Shown here piece by piece: positions 20,274 through 30,123 of a stretch of DNA of 64,000 nt. The position numbers and the translations under genes were made by a program. A model generated the notes under the pieces. The model saw nothing but the letters and a program-made list of their open reading frames with translations, did not search any database and had not been told where the DNA came from. Positions within the stretch are counted from its first letter, which is position 1, and every line of letters begins with the position of its first letter. The DNA is from Candidatus Nanoarchaeia archaeon (GTDB lineage Archaea > Nanobdellota > Nanobdellia > SCGC-AAA011-G17 > GW2011-AR17), in contig JAQTVM010000001.1 in the NCBI GenBank assembly GCA_028706745.1, positions 12,399 to 76,398 on the forward strand. Reading direction: 5' to 3'.

Positions 20274-20325
20274 GTATATACTCTCTGTGTATACACATAA
20301 AATATACACAGGAGATATACAACTG
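20274..20325. promoter_or_regulatory. cluster of TATACA(C) motifs including perfect palindrome GTGTATACAC; candidate operator upstream of the Zn-ribbon/AbrB gene
   Basis: seen directly; 45-100 bp upstream of ATG 20372. Confidence 0.3.
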
Positions 20326-20371
20326 ATGGTACTGAGCAAAAGCGAAGTGCCATATCGAACAAAGTGAGAAC

Positions 20372-20728
20372 ATGGCAGACATATTCGACGCGGACATTGT
20401 ATGCGACGCATGCAAAACAAAAACAGTGAAGGGGGAAATCCTCAAGGAAGGATTCAAGATAAGGGCATGGCGCTGCCCGAAGTGCGCCAAGATATGGCCT
20501 CACCCTCTTGACATGGCGCAGTACGAGGATTTCAAAAAGCTTAAGCAGAGGGATTTCGAGGTAAAGCTGAGGCAGGTGGGCAACAGCTGGTCTGTTTCAA
20601 TACCAAAGGAGATAATCAACTTTGAGGCTGTAAAAGCGACAAAGCTTGTCAGGCTTTCATTGGACAACCCGGGAAGGGTTTCAATTTCATTCACGCAGAT
20701 TAAAAGAGTAATCAACAGGGGGCAGTAA
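20372..20728 (+). CDS. Zn-ribbon plus AbrB/MazE (swapped-hairpin) domain protein
   Basis: CDAC...CPKC zinc ribbon; [18 protein letters not shown] matches the SpoVT/AbrB/MazE looped-hinge motif; 4 nt upstream of cdc48. Confidence 0.5.
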   Translation: MADIFDADIVCDACKTKTVKGEILKEGFKIRAWRCPKCAKIWPHPLDMAQYEDFKKLKQRDFEVKLRQVGNSWSVSIPKEIINFEAVKATKLVRLSLDNPGRVSISFTQIKRVINRGQ

Positions 20729-20732
20729 GAAA

Positions 20733-23597
20733 ATGGCAGAAAAAACAAGGGAAAAAAGATTGCAGGTAGTCGAGGCGCAGCAGGATGATGCGTTCAAGGG
20801 AATTGTAAGGATAGATTCTGAGATGCTCAAGGACATTGAATTAAGACCGGGAGACATAGTTGAAATAGAGGGCGCAAGAAAAACAGTCGCCATTGCAGAC
20901 AGGGCATACCCTACTGACATAGGCAGGGAAGTCGTAAGAATGGACGGCATAATGAGGAGAAATGCCAAGACAGCAATCGGCGAGAATGTCACAATAAGAA
21001 AGGCGGAAATAAAAGAGGCAAAGGAGATTATTATTGCTCCTGCTGAAAAAGGCATGATGATACAGGGAGAGCCGGACGTATTTTTGAAAGGATTGCTTGG
21101 CAGGCCGCTGCTGAAGGGGGATATTGTTGTCTTGGGCGGAGCAAGAACAAGGAGAAGGACAATGAGCAGCTCTCCTTTCGAGGAGATATTCCGCGGATTC
21201 GGGCTTGACATGGGGCATTTCGGCTTCAGCAACATAAGATTTGTCATTGTTGACACAAATCCAAAAACAGCAATCATAATCACAGAAGACACAAAAGTGC
21301 ATGTAAGACCTCAGCTGGAAGACAAGGATTTGTCAGAAGAAAAGGTTGCAGGCATAACCTATGAAGACATAGGCGGGCTTGATGATGAGCTGAAAAAAGT
21401 AAGGGAAATGGTTGAGCTTCCGTTGAAGCACCCTGAATTGTTTGAACGGCTTGGTGTGCAGCCTCCGAAGGGAGTCTTATTGCACGGTCCTCCGGGAACA
21501 GGAAAAACACTTTTGGCAAAGGCAGTCGCGACAGAGGCAGATGCCAAGTTTTATTCAATCAACGGGCCTGAAATAACTTCCAAGTTTGTGGGAGAGGCTG
21601 AAAAAAACATCAGGACAATATTTGAAGATGCTGAAAAAAATGCGCCTTCAATTATTTTTATTGACGAGATAGACGCAATCGCTTCAAAAAGGGAAGAAAC
21701 ATACGGCGATGTTGAGAAAAGAATTGTTGCGCAGCTTCTCGCCACAATGGACGGGCTTAAATCAAGGGGAAAAGTAATTGTTATGGCTGCGACAAACAGG
21801 CCAAATGCAATTGACCCTGCATTGAGAAGGCCGGGAAGGTTTGACAGGGAAATAGAAATAGGAGTTCCGTCAAAAGAAGGAAGATTAAGCGTTCTGAAGA
21901 TACACACAAGAAACATGCCGCTGAAATACTGGGACGACTCTGTTGCGTGCAATGTCCTGATGAAAAGGCTGAGCTCATTTGAAGAGGATGCCAAGGCAAG
22001 GATTAGCCAGAAAAAAAGTTCTGCAAGCCAGCTTAATGCCGAGCTGAAAGAAAAAAGCAAGGCGCTTGAAGAAAGCGCGGCTGAATTGAGAAAAATGGAG
22101 CAGCAGAAAAAAGACAGCCCTGACTCTTTCCTTACAGACATAATGGCAAGGATAAATTTCAAGCAGGGCAAGATTGCCGACTTGAAAAAGCAGATAGACA
22201 AGATTAAGTCTGAAATTGAAAGCATTCCGAAAGAGATTAAAAAAATCGAAGAAGATTTGATTGTGGACAAAGAGCTGCTGAAAGAGATAGAGAAAGACAA
22301 AAGCATCCTTCTCGAGCTTGAATCAAAGCTAAAGGAGATTATACACACAAAAGAGATTCGCTCTTTTGAAGACGCAAGGGATTTGTTCCTGAACAAGGAC
22401 TTGAAAGAATCACAGACAAAGATTAAGTCTGTCATTGAAAAGTTCATGAAATCAGGCATACTGTCAGGAGAGTTTGTGGGAGAGATATACAAGGAATCGT
22501 CTGTTATCCTGTTGAAAGGGCTTGCCCAAAAAACATACGGGTTTGTGGGAGCTGACCTTGAAGCATTATGCAAGGAAGCTGCAATGAATGTGGTGAGAAG
22601 AGTACTGCCTAATGTAAACTTCAAGGAAGACGTTCCGATAAAGCCGGAGATTTTGGAAAAATTGGTTATTACTCAGGAAGACTTTGATTCTGCAATGAAA
22701 AACGTCAGCCCTTCCGCATTAAGGGAAGTGTTTGTCGACATACCAAATATCAAATGGGGCGACATCGGCGGATTGAATGATTTGAAGCAGGAACTGAAAG
22801 AGGCAATTGAATGGCCCTTGAAATTCCCTGACTCATTCAAGAGAATGGGGGTTCGCCCGCCGAGAGGGGTAATGATGTACGGTCCGCCCGGCTGCGGAAA
22901 GACATTGCTTGCAAAAGCGGCTGCAAACGAGTCAGAGGCAAACTTCATTTTGGTAAAGGGGCCCGAGCTGATTTCAAAGTGGGTTGGAGAAAGCGAAAAG
23001 GGAATCAGGGAAATCTTCAAGAAGGCAAGGCAGAGCAGTCCCACAATAATCTTCTTTGACGAGATTGACTCAATTGCTCCGAGAAGGGGAAATGAGGCAG
23101 GCACGCACGTCACTGAAAGAATGGTTAACCAGCTTTTGACTGAGATGGACGGGCTTGAGACGCTGAATGACGTGATTGTGATTGCAGCGACAAACAGACC
23201 GGACATTATTGACCCCGGTTTGCTTAGGCAGGGAAGGTTTGACAGGATTATACTTGTCCCGCCGCCTGACACAAAAGCAAGGGAGGAGATTTTCAGGATA
23301 CACACAAAGAACATGCCTCTTGCAAAAGACGTGAAGATAGATAAGCTTGTTGAAAAAACAAACAATTATGTCGGCTCTGACATTGAAGGCATCTGCAGGG
23401 AAGCCGCCACAATTGCATTGAGGGAAAGCATTGACGCAAAGGATGTGAAGCTGAAGCATTTCGAAGAGGCGGTAAAGAAAGTGAAGAGCTCAATCCTGAA
23501 TGAAGAAATACAGAAGTACAGGGAAATTGAGAACAGCTACATACGAAATGCAAGAAGCATATCTGCCGGAGAAAAGGACAAGAGCTACTTCGGCTGA
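20733..23597 (+). CDS. cdc48: Cdc48/VCP-like AAA+ ATPase with ~180-aa coiled-coil insertion in the D1 helical subdomain
   Basis: N domain present. D1 Walker [12 protein letters not shown]; D2 Walker [11 protein letters not shown]; both second-region-of-homology motifs present. 954 aa versus ~740 aa typical. A K/E-rich heptad-like segment lies between IHTRNMPL and [11 protein letters not shown] (about nt 21920-22475). Confidence 0.85.
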   Translation: MAEKTREKRLQVVEAQQDDAFKGIVRIDSEMLKDIELRPGDIVEIEGARKTVAIADRAYPTDIGREVVRMDGIMRRNAKTAIGENVTIRKAEIKEAKEIIIAPAEKGMMIQGEPDVFLKGLLGRPLLKGDIVVLGGARTRRRTMSSSPFEEIFRGFGLDMGHFGFSNIRFVIVDTNPKTAIIITEDTKVHVRPQLEDKDLSEEKVAGITYEDIGGLDDELKKVREMVELPLKHPELFERLGVQPPKGVLLHGPPGTGKTLLAKAVATEADAKFYSINGPEITSKFVGEAEKNIRTIFEDAEKNAPSIIFIDEIDAIASKREETYGDVEKRIVAQLLATMDGLKSRGKVIVMAATNRPNAIDPALRRPGRFDREIEIGVPSKEGRLSVLKIHTRNMPLKYWDDSVACNVLMKRLSSFEEDAKARISQKKSSASQLNAELKEKSKALEESAAELRKMEQQKKDSPDSFLTDIMARINFKQGKIADLKKQIDKIKSEIESIPKEIKKIEEDLIVDKELLKEIEKDKSILLELESKLKEIIHTKEIRSFEDARDLFLNKDLKESQTKIKSVIEKFMKSGILSGEFVGEIYKESSVILLKGLAQKTYGFVGADLEALCKEAAMNVVRRVLPNVNFKEDVPIKPEILEKLVITQEDFDSAMKNVSPSALREVFVDIPNIKWGDIGGLNDLKQELKEAIEWPLKFPDSFKRMGVRPPRGVMMYGPPGCGKTLLAKAAANESEANFILVKGPELISKWVGESEKGIREIFKKARQSSPTIIFFDEIDSIAPRRGNEAGTHVTERMVNQLLTEMDGLETLNDVIVIAATNRPDIIDPGLLRQGRFDRIILVPPPDTKAREEIFRIHTKNMPLAKDVKIDKLVEKTNNYVGSDIEGICREAATIALRESIDAKDVKLKHFEEAVKKVKSSILNEEIQKYREIENSYIRNARSISAGEKDKSYFG

Positions 23598-23942
23598 TTT
23601 TTTTCTTTTTTAATAATTTTTTAATTAGGGATTTAATTTTTAAGATTTATGTATTTTTACCACACTCTAATTGCATTTTTGCGCATCACGGCAGAAACAT
23701 TTATATACAAGCATCATTGAGACATATACTCAGCATCGGGGAAGAGAGGCGAATTCAGGTTTTCCTCTATAAAATATGCAGGGTGGCGAGCTCTGCACGA
23801 TTCCATGGCTCTTGGCGGAGCCTTAGATGCACCTTGGTGGTTGGCTTTTTTTATTTTTTGCCAGCCCTTTAATTTTTTTCTTGAGTTTCAATTTCGCAAA
23901 CTATAAAAACCCCTGAATAAAAAGCTAAAGCGGTGAAAACAA

Positions 23943-24236
23943 ATGGCTGCAAAGAAAAAAACAATAAAAAAGCCCGCTAAGAAAAGCAGTAAGAAGGCAC
24001 TAATCAGAAAAGACACGCCCATAGGGGATGTAGTGCAAAAATACCCGGATACAGTTGAAGTCTTCGGAAACCACGGGCTCCACTGCATAGGCTGCGCAAT
24101 AGCCTCTTTTGAAAGCGTTGAGCAGGGCGCAAATGCCCACGGTATTGATGTTAATGCGCTGCTGAAAGACCTTAATGCAGCCGCTAAGAAAAAGAAAACA
24201 GCAGGACACGAAGAATGCTCGTGCTGCGGACATTAA
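23943..24236 (+). CDS. DUF1858-like redox-disulfide domain protein with Lys-rich N-tail and Cys/His-rich C-tail
   Basis: Core IGDVVQKYPDTVEVFGNHGLHCIGCAIASFESVEQGANAHGIDVNALLKDLN matches the hybrid-cluster-protein-associated DUF1858 pattern. Confidence 0.45.
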   Translation: MAAKKKTIKKPAKKSSKKALIRKDTPIGDVVQKYPDTVEVFGNHGLHCIGCAIASFESVEQGANAHGIDVNALLKDLNAAAKKKKTAGHEECSCCGH

Positions 24237-24257
24237 AAAACAAGGAGGAAAACAAAA

Positions 24258-24476
24258 ATGGTGAAGTACAAGATAACAGTGGACAATAATGCGTGCATAG
24301 GATGCGGCGCATGCGCCTCAGAATGCCCTGACAACTGGGAGCTGAAAGAGATGGATGAGGGCTATAAAGGGCACCCGAAGGTTGCAGTGCTTGAAACAGA
24401 GGAAGAATACGAAAAAAACAAGGCTGCAATGGATATCTGCCCTGTCCAGGCGATAAAGATTACAAAGGCAAAGTAA
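24258..24476 (+). CDS. fdx: 4Fe-4S ferredoxin (single-cluster, CxxCxxC...CP)
   Basis: CIGCGACASECP ... CP; 72 aa. Confidence 0.7.
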   Translation: MVKYKITVDNNACIGCGACASECPDNWELKEMDEGYKGHPKVAVLETEEEYEKNKAAMDICPVQAIKITKAK

Positions 24477-24550
24477 ATTTTTATTTTTTAGATATTTTAT
24501 TGGATTTTTCAGAAATGTTTATATAATACCGGCTCTACCGCCTTTTAAGA

Positions 24551-25351
24551 ATGGAAGAGCATAAAAAAAAGCAAGGAAGATGGATAAAAAGAATTGCCTG
24601 GGGAATGCTGGCAGGAAGCCTTTATGCTGTTTCAGGAAATATCTACACTTGCGCAAGAATAGAGGGAGATATCTTAGAAGCGGGAGAAGGGCATTTCAAC
24701 AGGTATCCGGATGAGGGATTTTATGATGAGTTTGCAAGGGATTTGGACTATCTTGATTTTGACTTGCAGGAAAAAAAGCCAAAAGGAAAAACAGTTGTGC
24801 CTATTGCAGTTTATGTGCATATCGGGCTGAAAAGCTATTTTGATGACGCAAACAACTCGGATGATGGCAACCTGTGGGCAAAAGAAGTCAGGAATGCGCT
24901 TGCCGGGCTGGATATGTATAAGGATTATGGGATAGAATTTGAAGTAAAAAGGGTAAGAGCAACTGAAACTGCAGCAGAGTTTGAGGAAAATGGCTATGCC
25001 TGCCTGTTTCACCCGGACTATAAGGATAGAGAAATTGCAATTGCATTTTATCCAATGAACGGCAGGCTTGGTAAAGAACAAGATTTAGGAAGGGCATACG
25101 TGGAAGGAAATTATGCAGAAGTATACCTCTCAAATAATGAGACATACAATAAAATAATAACTGCGCATGAGATGGGGCATATATTTGGGCTGAGACATGA
25201 TGAGGACATAAGCAGCTGGGCTGCACTCTATGATCCTTTTAGGATATTTTCAGGCCATCTTATGAGACAACATCTTCAATCCCAGGATTTGACATTAAGC
25301 GAAAATGATGAAGAAATACTGGAAAAAGCAAAAGAAAGGTTCAGGCGCTAG
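24551..25351 (+). CDS. membrane-anchored or secreted zincin metalloprotease (HEMGHIFGLRHD; metzincin-like HExxHxxGxxH)
   Basis: N-terminal hydrophobic segment; extended zinc-binding consensus. Confidence 0.5.
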   Translation: MEEHKKKQGRWIKRIAWGMLAGSLYAVSGNIYTCARIEGDILEAGEGHFNRYPDEGFYDEFARDLDYLDFDLQEKKPKGKTVVPIAVYVHIGLKSYFDDANNSDDGNLWAKEVRNALAGLDMYKDYGIEFEVKRVRATETAAEFEENGYACLFHPDYKDREIAIAFYPMNGRLGKEQDLGRAYVEGNYAEVYLSNNETYNKIITAHEMGHIFGLRHDEDISSWAALYDPFRIFSGHLMRQHLQSQDLTLSENDEEILEKAKERFRR

Positions 25352-25390
25352 AAAGGTTTTTATACAGAGGGAATATAGCAACAAATAGTT

Positions 25391-26200
25391 ATGAAAAGAG
25401 AGGTAGTAGACCGGATTTGCAAGGGCATAGGATATACCCTTCTTGGCTCTTTCTTGTATGTTTGTTCAGGACCCTGCTATGCCATGTACAAGTCAATGAA
25501 CATCAGTTCCAATATGGAAGGACAGAATAACAGGGAAAAAACAGAAGAGTATTACGAAGAGTTTGAAAAAGAAAGAAAAAGCCTTGAGCAGAGGTTAAGA
25601 ACAGACAATGATAATGAAGAGACAATAGTTGAAACAGACATCTACGTCTCTGAAAGCCTGAAATACTTCTTTGATGACAAGGACAATCTGAATGATAATG
25701 ATGATTGGGCAAGAAAAGTTGAAAAAGCGGTTTCAGGGCTTGACGCATTTGAGGATTATGGCTATGATTTCAGGGTAAGATATGTAAGGGTAATTCCCGA
25801 AAGTATAGAAAAAATGGGATTTAAGCATATAACTTATTATATGGCAGGCAGGGAAGATACAGCGGAGTTCAACATATCGCTTGTCCCAAACCCCCTGCAA
25901 AAATATTCATTTTGGGAAAGGATTCAGACAGACATGGTTTTCGGCATGGCATATGTCGGGCATGGGTACGGAATGGTCTATCTTGACAATAATGACTCCC
26001 TGAACAGGCACACGCTTGCGCACGAGGCAGGGCACATGCTTAATCTGATTCACAGGGAAGAAAACGCATTTCTTACTTGGTTTGACCCATTTTATTTTGG
26101 TGAAAGGGGGCTTATGTCTCAAGGCAACCTTAATTACAGCGACTATACGCTTAATGAGACGGAAATAGCAATAATTGGGGAATCAAAAAAGCGTTTCTGA
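25391..26200 (+). CDS. paralogous zincin metalloprotease (HEAGHMLNLIH)
   Basis: Same length and architecture as the upstream gene; shared YFDD...DDW..KV..A..GLD...DYG and HExxH blocks. Confidence 0.5.
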   Translation: MKREVVDRICKGIGYTLLGSFLYVCSGPCYAMYKSMNISSNMEGQNNREKTEEYYEEFEKERKSLEQRLRTDNDNEETIVETDIYVSESLKYFFDDKDNLNDNDDWARKVEKAVSGLDAFEDYGYDFRVRYVRVIPESIEKMGFKHITYYMAGREDTAEFNISLVPNPLQKYSFWERIQTDMVFGMAYVGHGYGMVYLDNNDSLNRHTLAHEAGHMLNLIHREENAFLTWFDPFYFGERGLMSQGNLNYSDYTLNETEIAIIGESKKRF

Positions 26201-26244
26201 CTTTCGCTAGGTTTAAATATGCAGGATTCTTAAATTAGTTTATT

Positions 26245-26808
26245 ATGCCGGAAGACATATTCGAAATAGTGGTGCACGGAAGGGCAGGACAGGGCGCAAA
26301 AAGCATGGCGCAGATAATTGCAGAGGCAGCCATGTTCAGGGGAAACTGCATACAGACTTTTCCCAGCTATAGCGCAGAAAAAACAGGAGCGCCCATGCAG
26401 GCGTATGTAAGAATTTCAAAAAAGCCGATAAAAACCCATTCCCCTGTAAGAAAAGCAGATGCAGTGATTGTTCTTGACCCGACGCTGCTTGAAACAATAG
26501 ACCTTAATATTAATCTCACGGATAAAAGTGTTTTAGTAATAAACACAACAAAGCCGCTGGAAAAAATAAGAAAGGGAATAAGATGCAAATGCAGGGTTGT
26601 TGCGTTTGATGCAGAGCAGGTTTCAATAAATCACGGCGGAAAAAATTTTCCGAATATGCCTCTGCTCGGCGCTTTTGCAAAAACAGCAGGCATACTTGAC
26701 TTGAAGAGCATTACAGAACATGTCAGGTGCATATTCCTCCACAAGCTGGGGCAGGAAATCACAGCCAAGAATATTGAAGCAGTAAAAGCAGGATATGGTG
26801 CAGTATGA
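26245..26808 (+). CDS. porG: pyruvate/2-oxoacid:ferredoxin oxidoreductase gamma subunit
   Basis: HGRAGQGAKS motif; 187 aa; first gene of a gamma-delta-alpha-beta operon. Confidence 0.8.
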   Translation: MPEDIFEIVVHGRAGQGAKSMAQIIAEAAMFRGNCIQTFPSYSAEKTGAPMQAYVRISKKPIKTHSPVRKADAVIVLDPTLLETIDLNINLTDKSVLVINTTKPLEKIRKGIRCKCRVVAFDAEQVSINHGGKNFPNMPLLGAFAKTAGILDLKSITEHVRCIFLHKLGQEITAKNIEAVKAGYGAV

Positions 26809-27122
26809 AAAAAGAACTCAAAGGCGCTCGAAAATCCGAGATTTTCGGCGCCCCGAGACAAAGTCTCGATGGCGCAAAAGTAAAGGCAGGGACAACTGCG
26901 GAAATGAAAACAGGCAGTTGGAAAACCCGGCGCCCGCTATGGGACAAAGCAAGGTGCATAAACTGCATGTTCTGCGTTATTTACTGCCCTGAAGCGTGCA
27001 TTCAGGCAAAAAAAGGAATAAGGAAAGAAACAGATTTATTTTACTGCAAGGGCTGCGGCATTTGCGCAAATGTATGCCCTGTGAAATGCATAAAAATGGA
27101 TGAGGAGCACAAGCACATATGA
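26805..27122 (+). CDS. porD: pyruvate:ferredoxin oxidoreductase delta subunit (2x[4Fe-4S])
   Basis: CINCMFCVIYCP and CKGCGICANVCP. Confidence 0.8.
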   Translation: MKKELKGARKSEIFGAPRQSLDGAKVKAGTTAEMKTGSWKTRRPLWDKARCINCMFCVIYCPEACIQAKKGIRKETDLFYCKGCGICANVCPVKCIKMDEEHKHI

Positions 27123-28282
27123 GCGGAAAAAAAGTCGCATTGACTGGAGCGCACGCAGCAGCAGAGGCAATGAAGCAGATTAATCCTGATGTTGTGCCTG
27201 TATACCCTATTACACCTCAAACCCCGATAATTGAAAAGTTCTGCTATTTCAAGGCAGAGGGGCAGGTAGATGCAGAGGTTGTGTTGGCTGAGTCAGAGCA
27301 TTCTGTAATGAGCATTTCAGTCGGGGCTTCAGCAGCAGGCGCAAGGGTGATGACTGCAAGCGCTTCGCAGGGAATATCGCTTATGAATGAAGTTTTGTCA
27401 GTTGCATCAGGAATGCGGCTTCCGATTATTATGACTGTGGTGAACAGGTCAATATCATCCCCCTTAAACATACACTGCGACCAGTGCAGCACCATGAATG
27501 TTAGGGATTTAGGATGGATACAGCTTTTTGCAGAAAATCCGCAGGAAGCATATGATTTTACAATAATTGCGACAAAGCTTGCAGAAGCAATAAACATGCC
27601 CGTAATGGTTTGCCAGGACGGATTCATAACATCACACTGCGTTGAGATGCTTGAGATAATAGACGATAAAAAAGTGAAGGGCTTTGTCGGAAAGTATAAT
27701 CCAAAAGAACATCTGCTTGACACAAGCAGGCCATTAACATTCGGGGCGTGGCAGCTTCCAAACACATATATGGAAACAAAGATTGAACAGCAGGAGGCAA
27801 TAAACCGGGCATTAAAGGAATATCCAAAAGTCGCAAAAGCGTTTGCAAAAATAACAGGCAGAAATTATGCATTTGTGGAAAAATACAAGACAAATGACGC
27901 AGATGCAATAATGGTCGCAACCTGCTCAACAGCAGGCACTGTAAAAGCAGTCATAGACAGGATGAGAAAAAAGAAAAAGAAAGTGGGGCTTTTGAAAATA
28001 TACATGCTCCGCCCTTTTCCAAAAACAGAAATAGCAAAGGCATTAGAAAAGGCAAATGCCGTATGCGTGCTTGACAGGGCAATCAACTTCGGCGCAGAAG
28101 CGCCGCTTTACACAGAAATAAAGAATGCATTGTTTGAATCAAAGAAAAAGCCAAGAGTGGAGAGCAGGGTGTTCGGTCTTGGGGGAAGGGATATTTTTGA
28201 AGAGCAGATAGAGGCAGTGTTCAATTCAATTCTTTCCAATCAAAACAAAGAAAAGAAGGGAGGAAATGTTTACATAAAGTGA
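27119..28282 (+). CDS. porA: pyruvate:ferredoxin oxidoreductase alpha subunit
   Basis: 387 aa; overlapping start/stop with neighbours; POR alpha N-terminal domain. Confidence 0.8.
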   Translation: MSGKKVALTGAHAAAEAMKQINPDVVPVYPITPQTPIIEKFCYFKAEGQVDAEVVLAESEHSVMSISVGASAAGARVMTASASQGISLMNEVLSVASGMRLPIIMTVVNRSISSPLNIHCDQCSTMNVRDLGWIQLFAENPQEAYDFTIIATKLAEAINMPVMVCQDGFITSHCVEMLEIIDDKKVKGFVGKYNPKEHLLDTSRPLTFGAWQLPNTYMETKIEQQEAINRALKEYPKVAKAFAKITGRNYAFVEKYKTNDADAIMVATCSTAGTVKAVIDRMRKKKKKVGLLKIYMLRPFPKTEIAKALEKANAVCVLDRAINFGAEAPLYTEIKNALFESKKKPRVESRVFGLGGRDIFEEQIEAVFNSILSNQNKEKKGGNVYIK

Positions 28283-29223
28283 CAATGGCAGCCAATATCA
28301 AAGAATTCGCGGAAATGGAATCTTATTTTGCCCCTGGGCACGGAAGCTGCTCAGGATGCGGATTCCCCATGATAGTCCGCACAGTGCTGAAAGCGGCAGG
28401 CAAAAATACAGTCGCCTGCATTGCAACAGGCTGCCTTGAGGTCACAACAACCCAATACCCCAGAAGCTCATGGAAAATACCCTGTATTCATTCGCTTTTT
28501 GAGAATGCGGGCGCAACAATCTCTGGAGTAGAATCAGCATACAGGGCATTGAAAAAGCAGGGAAAAATAAAGGATAATATTAATTTTGTAGCATTTGCAG
28601 GAGACGGCGGAACATATGATATCGGATTGCAAAGCCTTTCAGGCATGCTGGAAAGAGGGCACAAGGCAGTGTTTGTCTTGTACGACAACGGCGCTTACAT
28701 GAATACAGGAAACCAGAGAAGCAGCGGCACGCCTTACGCAGCAAAAACATCAACAACCCCTGTCGGCTCTGTTCTTAAGGGCAACATGCTGTTCAGAAAA
28801 GACATTGCAAGAATAGCGGCTGCACATAATATACCATATGCTGCGCAGGCGGCAGTGCACGACTGGCAGGACTTGTTTGAAAAGGCAAAAAAGGCATTTG
28901 CAGCAGACGGACCTGCATTCCTTAATGTCCTGTCGCCTTGCCAGCTGAACTGGGGGACAAAAACAGACCTGGCAATCGAGATTTCAAGATTAGCAGTGAA
29001 CACAAAGTTCTGGCCATTGTATGAAATAGAAAATGGAGTATGGAAGCTAAGCTATAAGCCTCAAACCCCTGTTCCAATCTCAGAATTCTTAAAGCACCAG
29101 AAGAGGTTCAGGCACCTGCTTGAGCCTGAGAACAAGAAATATCTTGAAAAAATGCAGGCAGGCATTGACAGGGAATGGGGATTGCTGGAAAAGCAGTGCG
29201 CAGGAGAAAAAAATGGAGTTTAA
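28279..29223 (+). CDS. porB: pyruvate:ferredoxin oxidoreductase beta subunit (TPP-binding)
   Basis: GDGGTYDIGLQ TPP motif; Cys ligands CSGCG...C. Confidence 0.8.
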   Translation: MTMAANIKEFAEMESYFAPGHGSCSGCGFPMIVRTVLKAAGKNTVACIATGCLEVTTTQYPRSSWKIPCIHSLFENAGATISGVESAYRALKKQGKIKDNINFVAFAGDGGTYDIGLQSLSGMLERGHKAVFVLYDNGAYMNTGNQRSSGTPYAAKTSTTPVGSVLKGNMLFRKDIARIAAAHNIPYAAQAAVHDWQDLFEKAKKAFAADGPAFLNVLSPCQLNWGTKTDLAIEISRLAVNTKFWPLYEIENGVWKLSYKPQTPVPISEFLKHQKRFRHLLEPENKKYLEKMQAGIDREWGLLEKQCAGEKNGV

Positions 29224-29506
29224 GGAAATCGCAAAAGACACATTCAAGCCGACTGTGCCAAAGATAGCGCTTTATGCTGCAATGACATTTGTAGTGCCCG
29301 GCGTCCTGAAAATCAGCGTTAATGACTGCAGCAGCAAGGTTGTTCCTCTTGCAGGATACAGGCTTGTCCTTAATCCTGAACAATACATGCTTACATTTCC
29401 AAGAATGATATTCATGTTTATCACTGCTTATATCTCTGCTTCAATTGCAATTTCTCTTGTTAATGCGGCAAGGCAAAGAGGCTGGTGGCATAAGCCAAAA
29501 GTATAA
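29213..29506 (+). CDS. small membrane protein (2 TM)
   Basis: ATG at 29213 in the frame of ORF 29120..29506; two hydrophobic helices; overlaps the porB stop. Confidence 0.25.
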   Translation: MEFKEIAKDTFKPTVPKIALYAAMTFVVPGVLKISVNDCSSKVVPLAGYRLVLNPEQYMLTFPRMIFMFITAYISASIAISLVNAARQRGWWHKPKV

Positions 29507-29532
29507 AAACAAGGCGGCAATGGGCAATTCTG

Positions 29533-30123
29533 ATGAAAATACTGGCATTTGTTGACACGCACGGGATAAAAAAGGCATTTGAAGAGATTTTGAAAAAATC
29601 AAAAGACGCAGATATTTTGCTATGCGCAGGAGATTTCACAAGCTGGGGAAAGGACACTGAAAAATGGATTCAGTTCCTTGAAAAAGCGGGAAAGCCCCTT
29701 ATTCTGACTTACGGGAACCATGAAAACGAAAAGGAAGTTGCAGAAGTATGCAGGAAATACAGTTTCTGTGTTTATTTGCACAGGGCGGCATATGAATACG
29801 GAGAATATCTGTTCTTCGGATTCGGAGGCGGCGGATTTTCTGAAAAAAATCCTGATTTCGAAAGAATAGCTGAAAGAGTAAAGAAAGATGCAAAAGGGAA
29901 GAAGCTTATTTTGATAACCCACGGGCCCCCATATGGGACAGCTCTTGACTACCTGCCAAGCACAGGGCACCGCGGCTGCAAGTCAATAAGAAAGTTCATA
30001 GAAGAGGCAAAACCGATGGCTGCAATCTCCGGGCATTTGCACGAAACATCAGGAAGAACAGACTTGATAGGAAAAACATTTGTTATAAATCCCGGACCTG
30101 CAGGCGCAATGCTTAAAGTTTAA
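29533..30123 (+). CDS. calcineurin-like metallophosphoesterase
   Basis: D-x-H-G ... GDF...GNHE motifs. Confidence 0.6.
   Translation: MKILAFVDTHGIKKAFEEILKKSKDADILLCAGDFTSWGKDTEKWIQFLEKAGKPLILTYGNHENEKEVAEVCRKYSFCVYLHRAAYEYGEYLFFGFGGGGFSEKNPDFERIAERVKKDAKGKKLILITHGPPYGTALDYLPSTGHRGCKSIRKFIEEAKPMAAISGHLHETSGRTDLIGKTFVINPGPAGAMLKV

Noticed and set aside
21551-22624. 357-aa minus-strand ORF inside cdc48
   Set aside because: Ser/Phe/Leu-rich low-complexity translation opposite the K/E-rich coiled-coil insertion; an artefact of repetitive GAA/AAG codons on the coding strand.
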